Below the pieces are notes generated by a model. The model did not search any database and had not been told where the DNA came from. It was given only the letters and a program-made list of their open reading frames with translations. Below are positions 18,827 through 20,209 of a DNA stretch of 20,209 nucleotides, piece by piece. The position numbers and the translations under genes were made by a program. This stretch comes from Azolla caroliniana (lineage: Eukaryota > Plantae > Polypodiophyta), in NCBI GenBank assembly GCA_043228905.1, contig JBHGNT010000575.1:1-20209 (forward strand), read 5' to 3'. Every line of letters starts with the position of its first letter. Within the stretch, counting starts at the first letter, position 1.

Positions 18827-20209
18827 TCATTCAGTCAACAATGCATGTTCCAATGTTGCATATGGATTTTCATGCACCACATCCTTAGAGTTTTCTATCG
18901 AACTCTTTTGTTTAGGTTCTCCCGCTTGATGAAAACCTCGAGAATTCAATGAATTTACAACCCGTCCCAATGAATCAAATTGAAGGTGAAGGGGTAATCC
19001 CTTATCCCTAAATTGTCTTTGCCAAGGAACTTTTCGAGGACCCTCCCTAGTTCCTGAATTACTTTTCCAAGTAGTCTCACGAGTAGTGGGCAAACTATTA
19101 CGTTGCATATTCATTGATTTGCCCTTCGACTTGCCCTTAACCTGATGCCAATCCTTTTTCAACAACAACATCATTACTAGTTCTATCCAACGGTTTTTTC
19201 CCCTTATCTATAACCACCAAACTTTGTTTTTCCATATCCATAGATTGAGTTCCCTTATTCTTAGGGCCCAAACCTTGAAGTGAAACCTCTTTATAACCTG
19301 CTCTAGATGATGTTCCTTCATCCATAACAACCACCATATCTGACACACCAACATCTCTCCCAACTCCTTCCTTACCATTCCCTTCATTAGGAACCTCTAT
19401 AGTTGAAGGACAATGACAATGGCATTCCGCCATAAAGTGACCCCATTCACCACATCCAAAACAACGACCTGCAAATGTCTCCCACTTCAATTTAAAACAA
19501 AGTCTTTTCATTCCATGTGTGTTCATACGCACCCATCCTGGCCTCTTACGACTTGTATCCCATAACACACAAAATATGCACTTATTTGTAGCATTTGCAT
19601 GTGGAGATACCAACACTTTACCCATTTGACTCATCAACTCTAGTAAAAGTGGCCATAAAAAGCATGCTTACAATCCACTATTACCCAAACAGGGCTTTCT
19701 TGTTTCAACAAAGCATGATAGTCCACAACAGGGGACCATTGCATTACATGCACCAATCTTTTATCAAAAAACAGAGGAACTTTAGCCAACAGTGCACTTC
19801 GATGTTCCAGTGAACGAAACACTACATCATAAAACCCTTGTGGTCCTGCATATATATTTTCAACACAATTTGGTGACACAATTGTGTTCAACCATTGTTT
19901 AATCCAATTAATGTATGGGAGTTTCCCAGTAAAAAACAATATAATTGCACGATCATAGAATACATCAAAAGATTGCAACACTACCTTAGCATCAACATCC
20001 ACATCATTGCATTCTTTCGCTACATTTTCATTTTCTTCCACAATATCAAACAAAAAGGTATTGGCAATTCCCCATAAAGTATCCCAATTACAATTATCCT
20101 TGTCAACCTCATCTACATATATTACTTCGACATATGTCGCTTTTTTCTCATTAATTTCCTCAATGCCCTTAAACCTCTTAGAGCTTCCAATGTCTTCCCT
20201 TTCACGATT
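18827..20209 (-). pseudogene. Plant-type L1 ORF1 (DUF4283-like region and zinc knuckle), degenerate, runs out of the window
   Basis: AIILFFTGKLP..WIKQW...GFYDVVF...VMQWSP...PVWV; CFGCGEWGHFMAEC (CX2CX4HX4C). Confidence 0.88.

Overview
This window is eukaryotic repeat-rich DNA, almost certainly from a land plant. A non-flowering lineage such as a moss is an inference from the element types. It contains no host gene and consists of nested transposable elements. From left to right: the 3' end and 3' LTR of a GC-rich Ty1/copia element (1-828) are inserted in the gag of a degenerate AT-rich copia element (829-5143), whose LTR has a PPT on one side and a PBS on the other. A degenerate Ty3/gypsy pol (about 5304-10470) is interrupted by a hAT-type MITE (5634-6091) and by LTR-derived inserts (7749-8495, 8505-9969), one carrying an unknown antisense Gln-rich ORF. 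A copia LTR with mismatched flanks (10471-10898) and a copia RT/RNase H fragment follow. On the minus strand, an old L1 LINE (11382-20209) is split by a non-autonomous hAT element (11973-16916, perfect 8-bp TSD) that contains a young RTEX-like LINE with an intact 1248-codon ORF2. The top finding concerns this young LINE. Its ORF1 and ORF2 are in the same frame and separated by a single UGA in a UGA-CGG context with a predicted 3' stem. ORF2 has no AUG before its endonuclease catalytic residues, which points to candidate programmed stop-codon readthrough producing an ORF1-ORF2 fusion.
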